A DNA stretch of 64,000 bases. It comes from Ranitomeya imitator. Lineage: Eukaryota. The notes below the pieces were generated by a model. The model saw nothing but the letters and a program-made list of their open reading frames with translations, made no database searches and was not told the origin of the DNA. The position numbers and the translations under genes are program-made. Below, piece after piece: positions 25,508 to 38,400 of the stretch; the first letter of the stretch is position 1; each line of letters starts with the position of its first letter. The stretch is from NCBI RefSeq assembly GCF_032444005.1, contig NC_091283.1, forward strand, positions 765,266,001-765,330,000, given 5' to 3'.

Positions 25508-26269
25508 TGTTACCGCTGCTGCTGCTGCTCGCCGCGGTCCTTGTGCCGGGTCCGGGCGCGTCCGTTCTTCCTCTCCTGCTGGGGTGCCTTCTCGTGCTGC
25601 GGCGCGCTCTCGTCGCTCTGTCTCTCCCTCTGCAGCGGCGCGTTCCCAGCGTTCCACTTCCGGGTTCGGGCGTCTCGCCAACTCCGCTTCACTTCCGGAG
25701 TCTCCTGCCGCTGGAGGCTTGCTGACCCTGCGCAGGCGCTCTGGTTTCCACAATAGGTGCAGGCGCATCGCACCCAATACTATTCCCCTAGCCTCAACCA
25801 ATCCCTACCCTTGTCTTTGCTATATAAGGCGTCCTCCTCTGTGCCTCAATGCCTGTTTGTCATAGCATTGTCTGTGCTTCTGGCCCCTCTCTTGTGCTTG
25901 TGCTTTGTTCGCAGTTCCTCCGACTCTTTGGCGGACTTCGTTCCTCTCCGTTTTCGTCCCTTGTTCCTGTGGTTCCCGTTTCTGTTTTGCCTTGTTTTCT
26001 TACCCCTTCCTTTTGTTTGTTCCACAGTCTTTTGCTGGCGTCGGAGTCTTCCTCCTTGTTCACAGTCCTGCCGGTGTTCCTTCTGTGCCTTTTCGTTTCT
26101 TCTCCCTGGAGCCGTCCCTCTCGGTACTACCACTGTGGGTAAGTGACCTCTGGGCCTGCCCCTTATGGTCCCTGTATAGGGGTCGGTTCATCCCAAGGTC
26201 TGCTCGCCCAGGGGTAGGGCTACCCACGGTCCAGAGGGTCCACTCTCAGTTCTAGTTGTGTTCGTTATA
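25508..26269 (+). mobile_element. Solo LTR
   Basis: TGTTAC..GTTATA ends (TG..TA, probably a mutated CA); perfect 5-bp TSD TCCAT at 25503-25507 and 26270-26274. Confidence 0.8.
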
Positions 26270-26292
26270 TCCATCGTACAGTCAAGTCCCAC

Positions 26293-28120
26293 TGTAATAC
26301 TATTGTAGGAACTCGAGGATTCTGGTAGCATGGGGCAATAAACAGACAGAGACGGGTTTCTTTAGTGCAAATAGTATATTTGTACCACAGCAATAACACC
26401 CAAAACAATATACTGATAACCCGCAATGAAACAAGTCCCTTAACCATACAACAAATCAGCAGAGTTCTTAGGGCAGAGTGCTCGGCAAGGTGAGTGTGAC
26501 AGGTGACGTGGTGCAGATTCAAAACACTGTCAGTGCAGAAAGCGTTAAATCCAGGTATGTAGTAAACACAGGGAAGTCCAGAACAAGACCTCAGGTTAAT
26601 CCCAGGTGTGTCATGAACACGGGTAAGTCCAGAACTAGTTCACATTAAAGTATTATACGGGTGTAGATTCCAGTAGCTCCAACCGGGGGGAGTAAATGAA
26701 GGATTAAGTAGCAAAAACACAGTCCAGCAACATACCGTATTTTTTGGACTACAAGACGCACCGGACTACAAGACGCACCCAGGTTTTAGAGGTGGAAAAT
26801 AGGGAAAAAAAATATTTAAAGCAAAAAAGGTGGTAAAATATTTAATAACATAAACATACTATTATATGTGTTGTTATTATATATAATAGTATGTTATTAT
26901 GTTGGAAGCTGCGGGTAGAAGATGGTACTGCGGGACCAGTGTGGTGTCTGTAAAGTACTGTATGAAGATGCTGGAGGGTGAGTATAAGAATGGGGGCACA
27001 GGGCTAATATTTAAAGCACCACTCCAGCACTGAAAAATAACACTGGAGTGCTGCTTTGAGATCCCATTGGGAGAACTGTAACTCCCAGCATGCCCTGCAG
27101 AACCTATGGCATGCTGGGAGTTATAGTTCACCACAGAAGTGGCAGAGTGCTTTACTGTGTGTTGTAGTGACTAACCGTTTAATTGTGGCAGCCAGCCACA
27201 CTGTGGTGAGGTGAAAAGCTGGAGCATCCCATGACACCACAGAGCACTCCCTCTTGTTGCCTCTCCACAGCACAGGAGTAAGCTTGCAGATTGTAGTGTG
27301 GTGTCTGCAGGACCTGTGATGACATCAGAAGAGGGAGGGCTCTGTGCTGCCATGTGATGCTCCAGCCCTCCCTCTTTATGACATCACACAGGTCCTTGTG
27401 CTGGAGCACTCAGCATCCATCCAGCACAGCCCCGGCAGGCAGGTATGCAGTGATCTTGTCCCCTCTGGCCCCTGCTGCTGCCCCCTCCTCCACCAGATAC
27501 ACAGATCTCCCCAGCTGCTGCAGGAATCCAGCGCTGGGGAAACCATGTGTGTCCCTGTGAAAGAGTATTCATTTGCTGCTCCCCACTCAATGCTCAGCTG
27601 ACAGGTGGGCGGGGAAACAGCTAATGAATATTCACTGCACTTTAATGATCTGGACCATGTGGTTTCCCCAGTGCTGATTCCTGAAGCCAGGCAGGGACAT
27701 TTTTCTGCCTCCTGCCTCCCAGTGCAATCCCACTCGCTGCTGCCCCCTCCCCACTTTACATCCCTACCATAAGATGCACCCACAGTTTCCTCAAATTTGG
27801 AGGAAAAAAAGTGCGTCTTATGGTCAGAAAAATACGGTAGTTCCAAAACACAGTTCAAAAACAGAGTTCTTACCAGGAGGAGTGAACCAAGGGTTAAGTT
27901 CCAAAGTCAAATAGACTGAGAGTGTAGCTTACATAGGCAGAGAATGAACAGAGCCACGGGTAGAAGCACAGTAGAACTAGCAGCTGAGCTGAAGGGGAAA
28001 CGGAAGCAGAATACTCCAGAAAGGAGGCTGACACCTGAGTCGGGTTTTAAACAAACGAACAGGAAGTAGGGCAGACAAAAACAGCAAACTTCATCTTAAC
28101 AAAGGGCAAGATCATTCACA
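26293..28120 (-). mobile_element. Probable solo LTR interrupted by a MITE
   Basis: TGTAAT..TTCACA ends, LTR-like composition; no TSD match found. Confidence 0.45.
26735..27837. mobile_element. pogo/Tigger-type MITE
   Basis: TA|CCGTATTTTT..AAGACGCAC / GTGCGTCTT..AAAAATACGG|TA. Confidence 0.85.
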
Positions 28121-28135
28121 ATGTGACTTGGAAAA

Positions 28136-28625
28136 TCCGGAATACTGACACCCACTCTGCAATCCATCTCAAGGGGTTAAATTGTTTACAACCAAGAGTG
28201 GTGCTATTGCTACCACTCCGACTGTAAACCACTGTGTAATGAATGAAAAGCTGCCTGTGCAGCCTCCTCGCCTGACCAGACATGAACTCTGTAGCATGGG
28301 AAAGTTTCTGAACTTTTTCCCATGCTGTCAAGTTCACCTCAGATCAGGCGGGGCCGCTGTGCAGCCTTAGTGACTACCGCTGACATCACTGAGCATGTGC
28401 AGACTCACAGCCTGACCTGAGGTGGACTTGACAACGTGGGAAAAAGTTCAAAAACTTTCCCACGCTACAGAGTTCATGTCCGGTCAGGCGGTGAGGCTGT
28501 GCAGGCAGATTTTCTTTCATTACACAGTGGTCTACAGTCGGGACGGTAGCATTAGCACCGCATACGGTTGTAAAGTATATATCCCCCAGATATGGATTAC
28601 GCCATGGGACTGACTGTATTCCGGA
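28136..28625. repeat. Diverged fold-back repeat (arms ~230 bp) in a composite MITE
   Basis: tccggaatac..gtattccgga; arms roughly 80% identical; ORFs 28116-28337 and 28422-28613 are mirror copies. Confidence 0.65.
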
Positions 28626-29604
28626 CAAGTATGGGTATATTGTTTTTTTTATATCATTTATTACAGGAGAATGAGGGCTTCATTTGGATTGGCAGAATAA
28701 TAAAGAATGCAAAACTGTGTTGTCTTTCATTTAATTAAAAGACTTTATTCTGCATGTGTGTATTTATTTAACCCTTTACAAACTTTAGGATTAGTAATGG
28801 ATAGGTGTCTTATTGAAACCTCTCCATTACTAATGGGCTTAATGTCACCTTACAATACAAAGGTGACATTAACCCCTTATTGCCCCTTATGCCAACACTA
28901 CAGGGCAGTGGGAAGAGAGATGCTAAGTGCCAGAATTGGCGCACCTTACAGAGGTGCCTTTTCTGGGGGTGGCTGGGGGCAGATGGTTTTAGCCGGGGAA
29001 GGGGGGGGGCGGGGGACAATAAAAATGGTCCCTCTCTAGGCTATTAATATCTGTCCTCAGTCACTGGCTTTTCCTCTCTGGTGGAGAAAATGGTGCGGGA
29101 GCCCACACCAGTTTTTTCCGTGAATACATTCTTTTAGTAAATACATGCAGGTCCCAAATTTTACACACATAATACTAACAGTATTAATCACTGACATATA
29201 TAAATCTAACTATTCTGAAATGCTTAACTGTATGTAATCCATGTCTCCTATCCTGTCAGCTTCTGCAATTATGTCACAGAAGCCGATAAATGAATTACCG
29301 GCTTTTCTGGTATCTATCTCTCTTTGAATTATAAAGATATATATATCAGTAACACACATACTGTATATATATATACACCTATTCTATGTGTATATATCTA
29401 TTCTAGTGTAGGCTGTCAGTGTGATTTTACTGTACACCGCACTGAATTGCCGACTTTTCAAAGGACACCGGTGCGTCTTTCTCGCAAGTCACACTGAGGG
29501 TCCGTATGGTGTGTGAGTTTTTCTTGCACCCATAGACTTTTATTGTCAAGTCTCGGCCAATATGCGATGCAAATCGCAGCATGCTGCGATTTCACTCGCA
29601 CGTA

Positions 29605-29980
29605 CAACTCCTGGCAAAAATTATGGAATCACCGGCCTTGGAATACACGCTGTTAGAAAAGCCTGAGGTGGTGCAACAAAATACTAGTGATGTTTTGGAG
29701 TGTTTTTTTGTTTGTTTGTTTTTTCATGATTCCATAATTTTTTCCTCAGAATTGAGAGATTCCATAATTTTTCTCCTATGCTTGGTTAAAAAAGTAACCA
29801 TTACTGACTACCACATTTTTTGTTCTTGATTTCTTTTAGTGTTTCTTAAAGCCAGAAAGTTGCCATTTGAAATGACTTTAGTTTTGTGCCATGTCTGTGA
29901 TCTGCTTTTTTTCTACAAAATTAAACAACTGAATGAACATCCTCCAAGGCCGGTGATTCCATAATTTTTGCCAGGGGTTG
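29605..29980. mobile_element. Non-autonomous Tc1-type element
   Basis: TA|CAACTCCTGGCAAAAATTATGGAATCACCGGCCTTGGA and its reverse complement ending at 29980|TA. Confidence 0.85.
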
Positions 29981-30084
29981 TATAATATGGCCGAGAAAAA
30001 AAAGGATGATGGGAGCTGCCCCATAGATTAACATTAGTCCGAGTGCTATGCAATTTTTTCTCGCATAGCACTCGTCTGTATTCC

Positions 30085-30232
30085 TCTCTAGTGTGTCAAG
30101 AATTGTCAACGGATCTATGGGAAAAGGTAGTTGAACTGTATAAAACAGGAAAGGGATACAAAAAGATATCCAAGGAATTGATAATGTCAGTCAGCAGCAT
30201 TGAAACTGTGATTAACAAATGGGAAATCAGAT
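30085..30232 (+). pseudogene. Tc1 transposase N-terminal HTH fragment
   Basis: QELSTDLWEKVVELYKTGKGYKKISKEL..SSIETVINKW. Confidence 0.75.
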
Positions 30233-30943
30233 TGCTTTTGCGTCAGGCACACTAAGTGCTGAGAGGGTTAATTTTAAAGTTACAATGGGCTGGTTTTATG
30301 TGAGAACCCATAGAGTGGGATGGAGGGTAGTGCTCATGGTATCCCCTCTTGTAGAGCCGACACCGGCATATGTACTAGCAGGACTTGCAGTGATGTCGCA
30401 ATCATGTGATTGTAAGGAGGAAGACCGGGCTGTGGGTGCCTGTACTGAGCTGGGTCCGGAAATGTCGAGGCTGTGTCCCATGTTGCCCGGGGGAAGGAAT
30501 AGAGAATCGGACATGTCACATGACCCGAGAAGAGGGGGTGTGTTTAAGCTGGAATATGAGCAAAACATGCGCGAAATGACAGTTAGTTTCCAGCTGGCGG
30601 AGACAGAGGCAGATGGGGTGTGTGCGCAGCATGCTCCGGTCTCCGGGGAACAGAACCGCAACGGGCTGCAGCTGACCTCCCGCAGGCACGGCATCGGAAC
30701 TGTGAGCAGAGACAAATATTGAATTAAAGACAGTGAAGAACCAAATGCCTAAGCAGAGCGAGTACTGGTAATGAAGAAGATGTAAGGTTGCTTATACAGC
30801 TTACAACACCGGAATTGTCTGTGTAGGAACACACCTTTCTATTTGAGAACTTGGCACCCCAAAGTTCTACTATGACCACAATGGGGAATACTGTAATTCC
30901 AGGAGAGCAATGTTGCTGCACAGATCTAATTGTACCATGCCTC

Positions 30944-31921
30944 TGTAAGGTTATTAGCAGGTGCGCGGTTTGCAGTGACGGACGGGAAGCAGAGCAAGAG
31001 TTCACAGTTTTATTAACAATAAACGCACTCCACGCAGGGAGTAGTGGGTTGCAGGATGATGGTAGGAAAATGAGAAAGAACTGGGAGAGCAGCAGGGTAG
31101 GTCAGTTAGGAACTAGAGTTCAGTATTAGAGGGAGAAGTTATCAGACTGCAGTCTTCTTGAGTGCGGCGTCTCAGGGTTCCAACGGTGGCACCGACAACA
31201 GCGGCACTTGATGTCTCAATGAAGTCTGTAACAAATGGGGATCCAACGGTGGCACCAACAACAGCGGCGCGTGCAGGTATATGGACCAGAAACTGCAAAA
31301 CTATAAGCCCCTAGCAAAGTCAGGTCACGCGTGTCAAGGCCGCTATTAACTAGCATAGTCAGGGGTAGCTGAAGGTTATACTCCTGGTCTCTTTTCAAGC
31401 AGCATGAGAGCGGTACTCACATTCGCATTGTGTCTTGCACCTGACTTTATGGCGGTCACCGGACACGAACTGTACATCTCTTTTCCTCTTGTCCTCGCTG
31501 ACGGCGGTGGGCGACGGCAGTCGCTGGTCTGTTTGGCGTAGGTGCTCCCCGGATGGAGCACTCCCCTCTTTGTCTGCGGCAGCACCTTACTTGGGTCTGC
31601 TCTGCGCGCACGGCTCTGAACCACTCTTCTCTGTATGCCTGGCCCTATTCTCCGCTGTGGCCTCTCTGCGAGTGGTGGGGCCTGTCACAGCGCTCGTACT
31701 GGAGGGACGGGGCGCAGCACTTTTCTTCCCATGCGCTGCTCTGCACTGGTGTCTTTCTGCTCTCCCTGCTCCCTCTTGTCAGCAGGAAGCTCTCTCTCCT
31801 CCCCTCCAGAAGCAGGGGAAGGTCTGCCTCCCTAAAGCCTTCCCCCTGGAAACAGAGGATGCAGCCCTTTCAGTTCCGGACCCGAAATGCAGGCACCCAC
31901 AGTTCGGTCTATCCTCTTACA
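30944..31921 (-). mobile_element. Solo LTR inserted in the DIRS RNase H
   Basis: TGTAAG..CTTACA ends; TSD CCTC/ACTC (1 mismatch); removal rejoins WP-EAWY..DLCSNIALLEL. Confidence 0.75.
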
Positions 31922-32456
31922 ACTCTGGCCAGGCATCCACGCACCAGTCGTTATAAAAATAGCTCCAAAACAGGAGGACCCAGCAGCATCAGTAAATAGC
32001 ATTGGATACTTCAGCTGATTGACAACAGATATGATCTTTGTAGCTTTGAAGAAAAATCCACCAAGCATTCAGATTGTGCGTAATAGGTCTGGTTATTACC
32101 AATATGAGATGTTCCAGTCTGGAGATACCTCTGGTGTAAATCAACAAACACCTTTCCCATGGGCATACCCCGACAGGCAAAAACCATCAGACCAAGTAGG
32201 GATTGCATCTGCTTCAGTATCACTTTGCTAACAGAACAAAAACCTAGAATCATATTAAGGCATTTTTCTAATTTTTCTAATTTTTCTAATGTTTCTAAGT
32301 AATGTATAATAGCCATAGAGCCAATGTCAAAACGCACAACCCACTCCAGAAAATTGCTGAACATTTCTAAATAGTGAAACGAAATAGAACAACCCATTGG
32401 CAGACATGTATTATAGTAAAATAGACCAACTAAACAACAACCTAAAAGGTGACAGC

Positions 32457-32769
32457 TAGTGATGAGCAAAAGTATGCTCGTTACTCGAGTTTTCCGAGCA
32501 TGCTCGGGTGTTCTCTGAGTATCTTGGGCGTGCTCGTAGATTAAGATTGAGTCCCCACAGCTGCATGATTTACGGCTGCTAGACAGCCTGAATACACGTG
32601 GGGAATCCCTAACAAACAGGCAATACCTGCATGGGTTCAGGCTATTTAACCGCCGCAAATCATGCAGCTGCAGGGGCACAAACATAATCTACGAGTGCAC
32701 CCAAGATACTCGGAGAACACCCGAGCATTCTCGGAAAACTCGAGTAACGAGCACACTTGCTCATCACTA
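32457..32769. mobile_element. hAT-type MITE inserted in the DIRS RT
   Basis: TIR TAGTGATGAGC / GCTCATCACTA; 8-bp TSD GTGACAGC/GTGATAAC; removal rejoins DCYH-LLG. Confidence 0.85.
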
Positions 32770-34628
32770 GTGATAACAATCAGGGTGCACAGGCAGCAGG
32801 CGAAAGGTTAACTTGATGTTGAATTTTGCCATAAGTGCGCCTTGGCCTGTGTTCCCCATCAACAAAACTGCTCTATCAAGGGAGACATAAGAAACCAATG
32901 CATCGTCTTTTGAAATGCCATCGTTCACTGATGCTTCCCTGGAATAAGACAGGTGATGAATTAAACCAAATTTGTTGGGCGGAGAAACTCTCAAATTTGA
33001 AAATGTGGGAGTGAAAAGGGCCCTCAATTCTGCCCTTAGTGATCTCTTTTTCAGTCTTTTCCCTAGCAATACTTGGGTTCTCAATGACAGATTTCATGTT
33101 TTTCTCTAAGGAGGGCTCACAGTAATAGAAAAACGAAATGAAAAAAGCAAAAGTGGAACCACAGCGGAGCTGAGCAGCTGAATCTTTATTGGGGTACTGA
33201 TCTAACCATGGAGACATGGCATCCTTACCTAATGTTACATTTGCTGGTTTACTGGTTGGCTTACCTGGCTTGGGACAGCAAAGCGCTGGCTGCTGACTGC
33301 CGCAGGCGGAACATTTGTGTTTATATTTGCATAATCTGTAAAACCTGCAGTGGCCTTCATTAAAAAGCAAACACGTTATGGGTGTGCCGTCTGCCCATGG
33401 CCACTGTCCCTTGAGTGAGGGAAGAGGAAGCAGTGACCAAGGATTGAAAGGGCGGGGTTCTTTGTGATATCATTAACCTTAGCTACACGTTAGTAGCCTT
33501 GGCCCCTCCCACCCAATATCCGATTGTAACGACAAGCGCCTCCTAAAGTCCTCATCATATTTGTACCATGCACTGCCACCGTGAGATTTAAAATCATTAT
33601 ATATGTAGTCCATGTAGTCCATGTAGATAAATAATTCTGGACAGCATTCGCTTACCCGTGACATAACTAAGCAGCATGAAGGCTTGAAGCCAGTTTTTCA
33701 TGGTTTTGGCAACTTTTGCGCATCTTTCAATTAACCTTTCAAAAATGAGCCTTTGCTCTTTATCTACCGTGTTCTGGTCTTCTGACATTAAAGACTAGAT
33801 GTCTATGTATTGGTTGTCCCATATATTTTTCTGCGTCTCCTCATCTAAGTAAGTCCCCAAAGGGCAAAATGCTTCTTTATGAAAACCGGGTCAAGGTTTT
33901 TCAGATTGCGGTTTGACCAACATTGGGAGTGGGGAATGTTTTTTTGGCTCTAACTTACCTATTAAGGCCCTTAAAGCCACTACTAAGTTTCCACCTGCTA
34001 ACTTATGCCCCCAAGTCCCCATAAAGTTAAACTCACCGTTTGCAGCTGGAACCTGTGGTGGTCATAATGGGATGTCCCGCACTTCGTGAGACTGACCTTC
34101 CCCTTGGCACAACCAACCGGCTGACTGTGAAGTCTCTCACCTCTTGCAAAGAGGTCTGACCTGTCCGATCCTGATGAGCTGCAAGAACTAACTGATGGAG
34201 AGCGCCAGTGTGAGGATCTGGAGTGGTGAGACCTCCTACTGCATCTTGATACTCTAAAGCAGGGGTGGGCAATTAATTTTTCCGAGGGGCCACATGAGAG
34301 ACTGTGGCTGTTGTGGAGGGCCGAACCAATAGACCAAAAGTAATTTTGCTCAATATTAATATTAACATATTCATTATAATTCTTTAATATTAATATTAAT
34401 TGCATCACTTAATATTGAGCAGAATTAAATATGCTGACATCCCCTATCAGGGGTGAACCTAGCCTCTCTGCTGCCTGAGGCAAATGGAAAAATGTCACCC
34501 CCCCACACAGTCTCTGCCAGAGGGGGGGGCGGGAAGGAGGGAGGGAGGAGGGGGGTGGGCACTTGACCCCGGAGTTTTATAAAAAAAAAAACAAAACAAA
34601 AAAAAACCTAGCAGCGCAAATCCAGTTA

Positions 34629-35305
34629 CCGTATAAACTCGAGTATAAGCCGACCCGAGTATAAACCACCCCCCTAATTTTGCAACAAAAAACTGGGAAA
34701 ACGTGATGACTCGAGTATAAGCCTAGGGTGGAAAACGCAGCAGCTACCAGTAAATTTCAAAAGTAAAAATAGATACCAATAAAAGTAAAATTAATTGAGA
34801 CATCAGTAGGTTAAGTGTTTTTGAATATCCATATTGAATCAGGAGCCTCATATAATGCTCCATAAAGTTTGATGGGCCCCATTAGATGCTCCATATTAAA
34901 ATATGCCCCATATAATCCTGCATAAAGGGTAATAAGGGCCCCATAAGATGCTCCATAGAGATATTTGCCCTATATAGTGCTGCACAAGCGTTATGACCCC
35001 ATAAGATGCTCCGTACAGTCACTTGCCCCTTATAGTGCTGCACAAACGTTATGGCCCCATAAGATGATCCATACAGTCACTGCCCCATATAGTGCTGCAC
35101 AAACGTTATGGCCCCATAAGATGCTCCGCACAGCCACTTGCCCCTTATAGTGCTGCACAAGTGTTATGGCCCCATAAGATGCTCCGTACAGCCACTTGCC
35201 CCTTATAGTGCTGCACAAGTGTTATGGCCCCATAAGATGCTCCGTACAGCCACTTGCCCCATATAGTGGGCTGAAAATCTTGGCTTATACTCGAGTATAT
35301 ACCGG
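34629..35305. mobile_element. pogo/Tigger-type MITE carrying a 58-bp minisatellite (~34938-35262, 5-6 copies)
   Basis: TA|CCGTATA.ACTCGAGTATAAGCC termini; unit gccccataagatgctccgtacagccacttgccccttatagtgctgcacaagtgttatg. Confidence 0.85.
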
Positions 35306-35456
35306 TACTACAGAATCTGCCGCCCCCTCTCTTCTGCCGCCTGAGCCAAAGAGCTCAAATCACCTAATGGTAGCAGCGTCACTGCCACCTATATACTGTT
35401 TGAACCTGCACACAGCCCCTTCTATATATCATATAAGTCACCACACAGCCCCTTAT

Positions 35457-38400
35457 TGTGAGGAAACAGACAGTGTGTGCAGTGCATACACACTAGAGAG
35501 AGAGAGGACTGTACCGAAGAAGACTGTACTTACCGTTCGCACACTCCAGACAGGGAGGGAAGGAGAGAGTAGCAGGCTGATGCGGTGGTGTCAAGAGACA
35601 CAGACAAGGACCTGGCGGGTCATGTGACCAGAGCGGGAAGGTCCTAAAGACAAGAGCTAGCACCCGAGCGTACTGAGGGGTGCAAGGCTGAAAATAAGAG
35701 TCGGCAGCGCAGGGAGCGAGGTCAGACAAGCTAAGGTCAGTAACAGGAGGACAGCGCAGGACAAAAGGAGTGAGGCAAAAACATAGTAAGGTGTCAAGCC
35801 GGAGACAATTAACCATAGAACAGAACAACAAAGTACAGAATCAACAGGCAATAGCAAAGTGGGGGACAGACCAGATCAGCAACAGGAAATATTCATGCAG
35901 AGCAGGCACAAGGCACAAACGCACAAAACACCAGGGTCAACTTAACTCAGCCGAGGGCAGGCATATAACTGACAAGGACTCGAGCAAACCAAGGCTATAA
36001 AAAGCCCTCCCAGAACCAGAAAGAGGCCACAAATAATTAACCCCTGGCACATCAATCCAAAAAATACCATAGGATCATGACAGTACCCCCCTCTCAAAGG
36101 GGGGCCACTAGACCCCCAAGCCCCTCCGGATGCTTGGCATGAAATGCTCAAACCAGACGATCCACATGTACCAAGTGAGCAGGGACCCAGGAGCGATCCT
36201 CCGGCCCATACCCCTTCCAGTTAACTAGATATTGCAAGGAGCGAGCATACTCCATGTGACCCTCCACCAACAACGGAGAAGCCACAGACCCAGGATCCTC
36301 TATGACTGATCCCAATGGTTTCAACGGGGATTTATGGAATACATTTGATATTTTAAACGCGGCAGGAAGACGCAACCTAAATGCCACCTGGTTGACTATT
36401 TCTACAATCTCATATGGACCAATGAATTTTGGTCTCAATTTGGCTGACTGAACCATAAGATTGATGTTCCATGTGGAAAGCCAAACCTTCTCCCCCACCT
36501 GAAATATGTGCCCCGGAGTTCTCCTTCTATCTGCAAACCCTGGAGATATTCCGGCGGACTTCAGCCCACAGATCTTTTAACTGCTGAATGGATCCCTCCG
36601 CCCCCGGGCACCCGGAATCTAATCGCAGAAATTCCCCCAAATTCCCCAAAATGTGGACTAAACGCATAGTTGACCAAAAATGGGGACATACCGGTGGATT
36701 AATTCACCTGATTGTTAAAAGCAAATTCAGCCAAAGGTAGAGCATCACACCAGTTATCCTGTCTGACAGAGGTCAAACACCTAAGAATCTGTTCCAGGCA
36801 TTGATTCGTGCATTCAGTCTGGCCATTGCTCTCCAGGTGATATGCAGAAGAGAACGATAACGAAATGCCCAATTTCTTACAAACTGAACACCTCTGTAAG
36901 ACACCCCATTCAGGGGTACCCCATGCAAGCGGACCACATGCTGCACAAACAACCTAGACAAAGTGTCAGCTGAGGGCAAAGCCGCTAAGGGAACAAAATG
37001 GGCCTGCTTTGAAAACCTGTCCACCACTACCCATATCACAGTATTGCCCCTAGAAGGCGGGAGACCGGTGACAAAGTCCATAGACAGATGAGTCCATGGC
37101 ATATCGGGAACCGGCAAAGGCACCAATTCGCCAGCGGGCCTGCCATGGGAGCTTTTGAATCGGTCACAAACCTGACATGCAGATATGAATTTTCTGACAT
37201 CAGAACCTAGTGAGGGCCACCAAAAAACCCTGGCCACTGCCTGTCGTGTGGCCGTGATACTGGGATGGACACTAAGTCTGGACTCATGAAATTCCTGTAG
37301 AAGCTTAGAACGCAAATGTTCAGGAACAAACAATTTATCCCCAGGCTTAGAAGCAGGGGCTAGAGATTGGGCCCCCACAATCTCTCATTCCAACTCAGAC
37401 GAGACCCCCACCACCACCACCACCCCAGGACAAAGAATGGAAGGTGGCGGTTTGGGGGAAGATATGGGCTCAAAACTTCTGGACAAGGCATCTGCCTTAA
37501 CATTCTTGGAACCAGGACGAAAAGTAATAGAAAACTGAAACTGTGAAAAAAAGGAACCAACGAGCCTGTCTAGGAGTCAGTCTTTTTGCAGACTCGATAT
37601 ATACCAAATTTTTATGATCCGTGATTACGGTATGGTATGAGCCGCCCCTTCCAAAAAGTGCTTCTATTCTTCGAATGCCAAATTAATCACAAGAAGTTCT
37701 CCATTGCCCACATTATAATTTTTCTCAGCGGACGAGAACTTCCTGAAAAAAAAGCACAGGGTTTGAGGTTAAAGTGGCAGGACCCTGGGACAACACTGCC
37801 CCCAACCCCACCTCAGAAGCGCCCACCTCCACAACAAATGGTTTGGACAAGACTGGTTGAATCAAAATTGAAGCAGACATAAAACATTTTTTGAGTGCCA
37901 AGAAGGACTTCTTGGCGGGCCCAGACCAATTTCTTTCATCCTCCCCCTTGCGGGTAAGATCAGTAAGAGGTTTAACCGCTTGTGAAAATCACTTAATGAA
38001 CTTTCGATAATAATTTGCTAATCCCAAGAAGAGCTGCAGCCCCTTAAGATCTCATGGTTGCACCCAGTCTGCAATCGCCTACACCTTCTTGAGATCCATG
38101 TGAAACCCCTCACAGGAGACAATAAGACCCAAAAAAGATAGTTCTTGAACAAAAAATGAGCATTTTTCCAAATTAACAAACAACTATTTTGCTCTGAGTC
38201 TTTGGAGAACCGTTCTTAAATGTTGTAAATGAGTCTGACTGTCCGGGGAATACACTAAAATGTCATCCAAATAAATAATAACAAAGCGGACTATGAGGTC
38301 CGCGAACACTATATTAATGAAATTTTAAAAAATAGCAGGAGCATTAGTGAGTCCAAATGGCATGACCAGATTTTCAAAGAGTCCAACTGATGTGAGGAAT

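Larger units (their letters stand above)
30700..34260 (-). mobile_element. DIRS-order (Ngaro-like) retroelement remnant: gag, RT, RNase H; tyrosine recombinase not seen
   Basis: gag: NWLQAF, HGGSAWYKYDEDFRRRL, C..FNEGHC..CKYKH.CS.C. RT: NLRVSP, LIHHLSY, SVNDGI, FRLLPVHPDCYHLLG, CLPMGCSIS, HYL(DD degenerate). RH: FTDAAGS, LLEL.FPIVV..LWG, TDNSGVV. Confidence 0.85.

Noticed and set aside
25433-26255. Cluster of overlapping 70-130 aa ORFs
   Set aside because: GC-rich low-complexity solo LTR bounded by a TSD; not a gene.
34515-34560. G-rich tract with G-quadruplex potential
   Set aside because: A common feature of this MITE class; nothing locus-specific.
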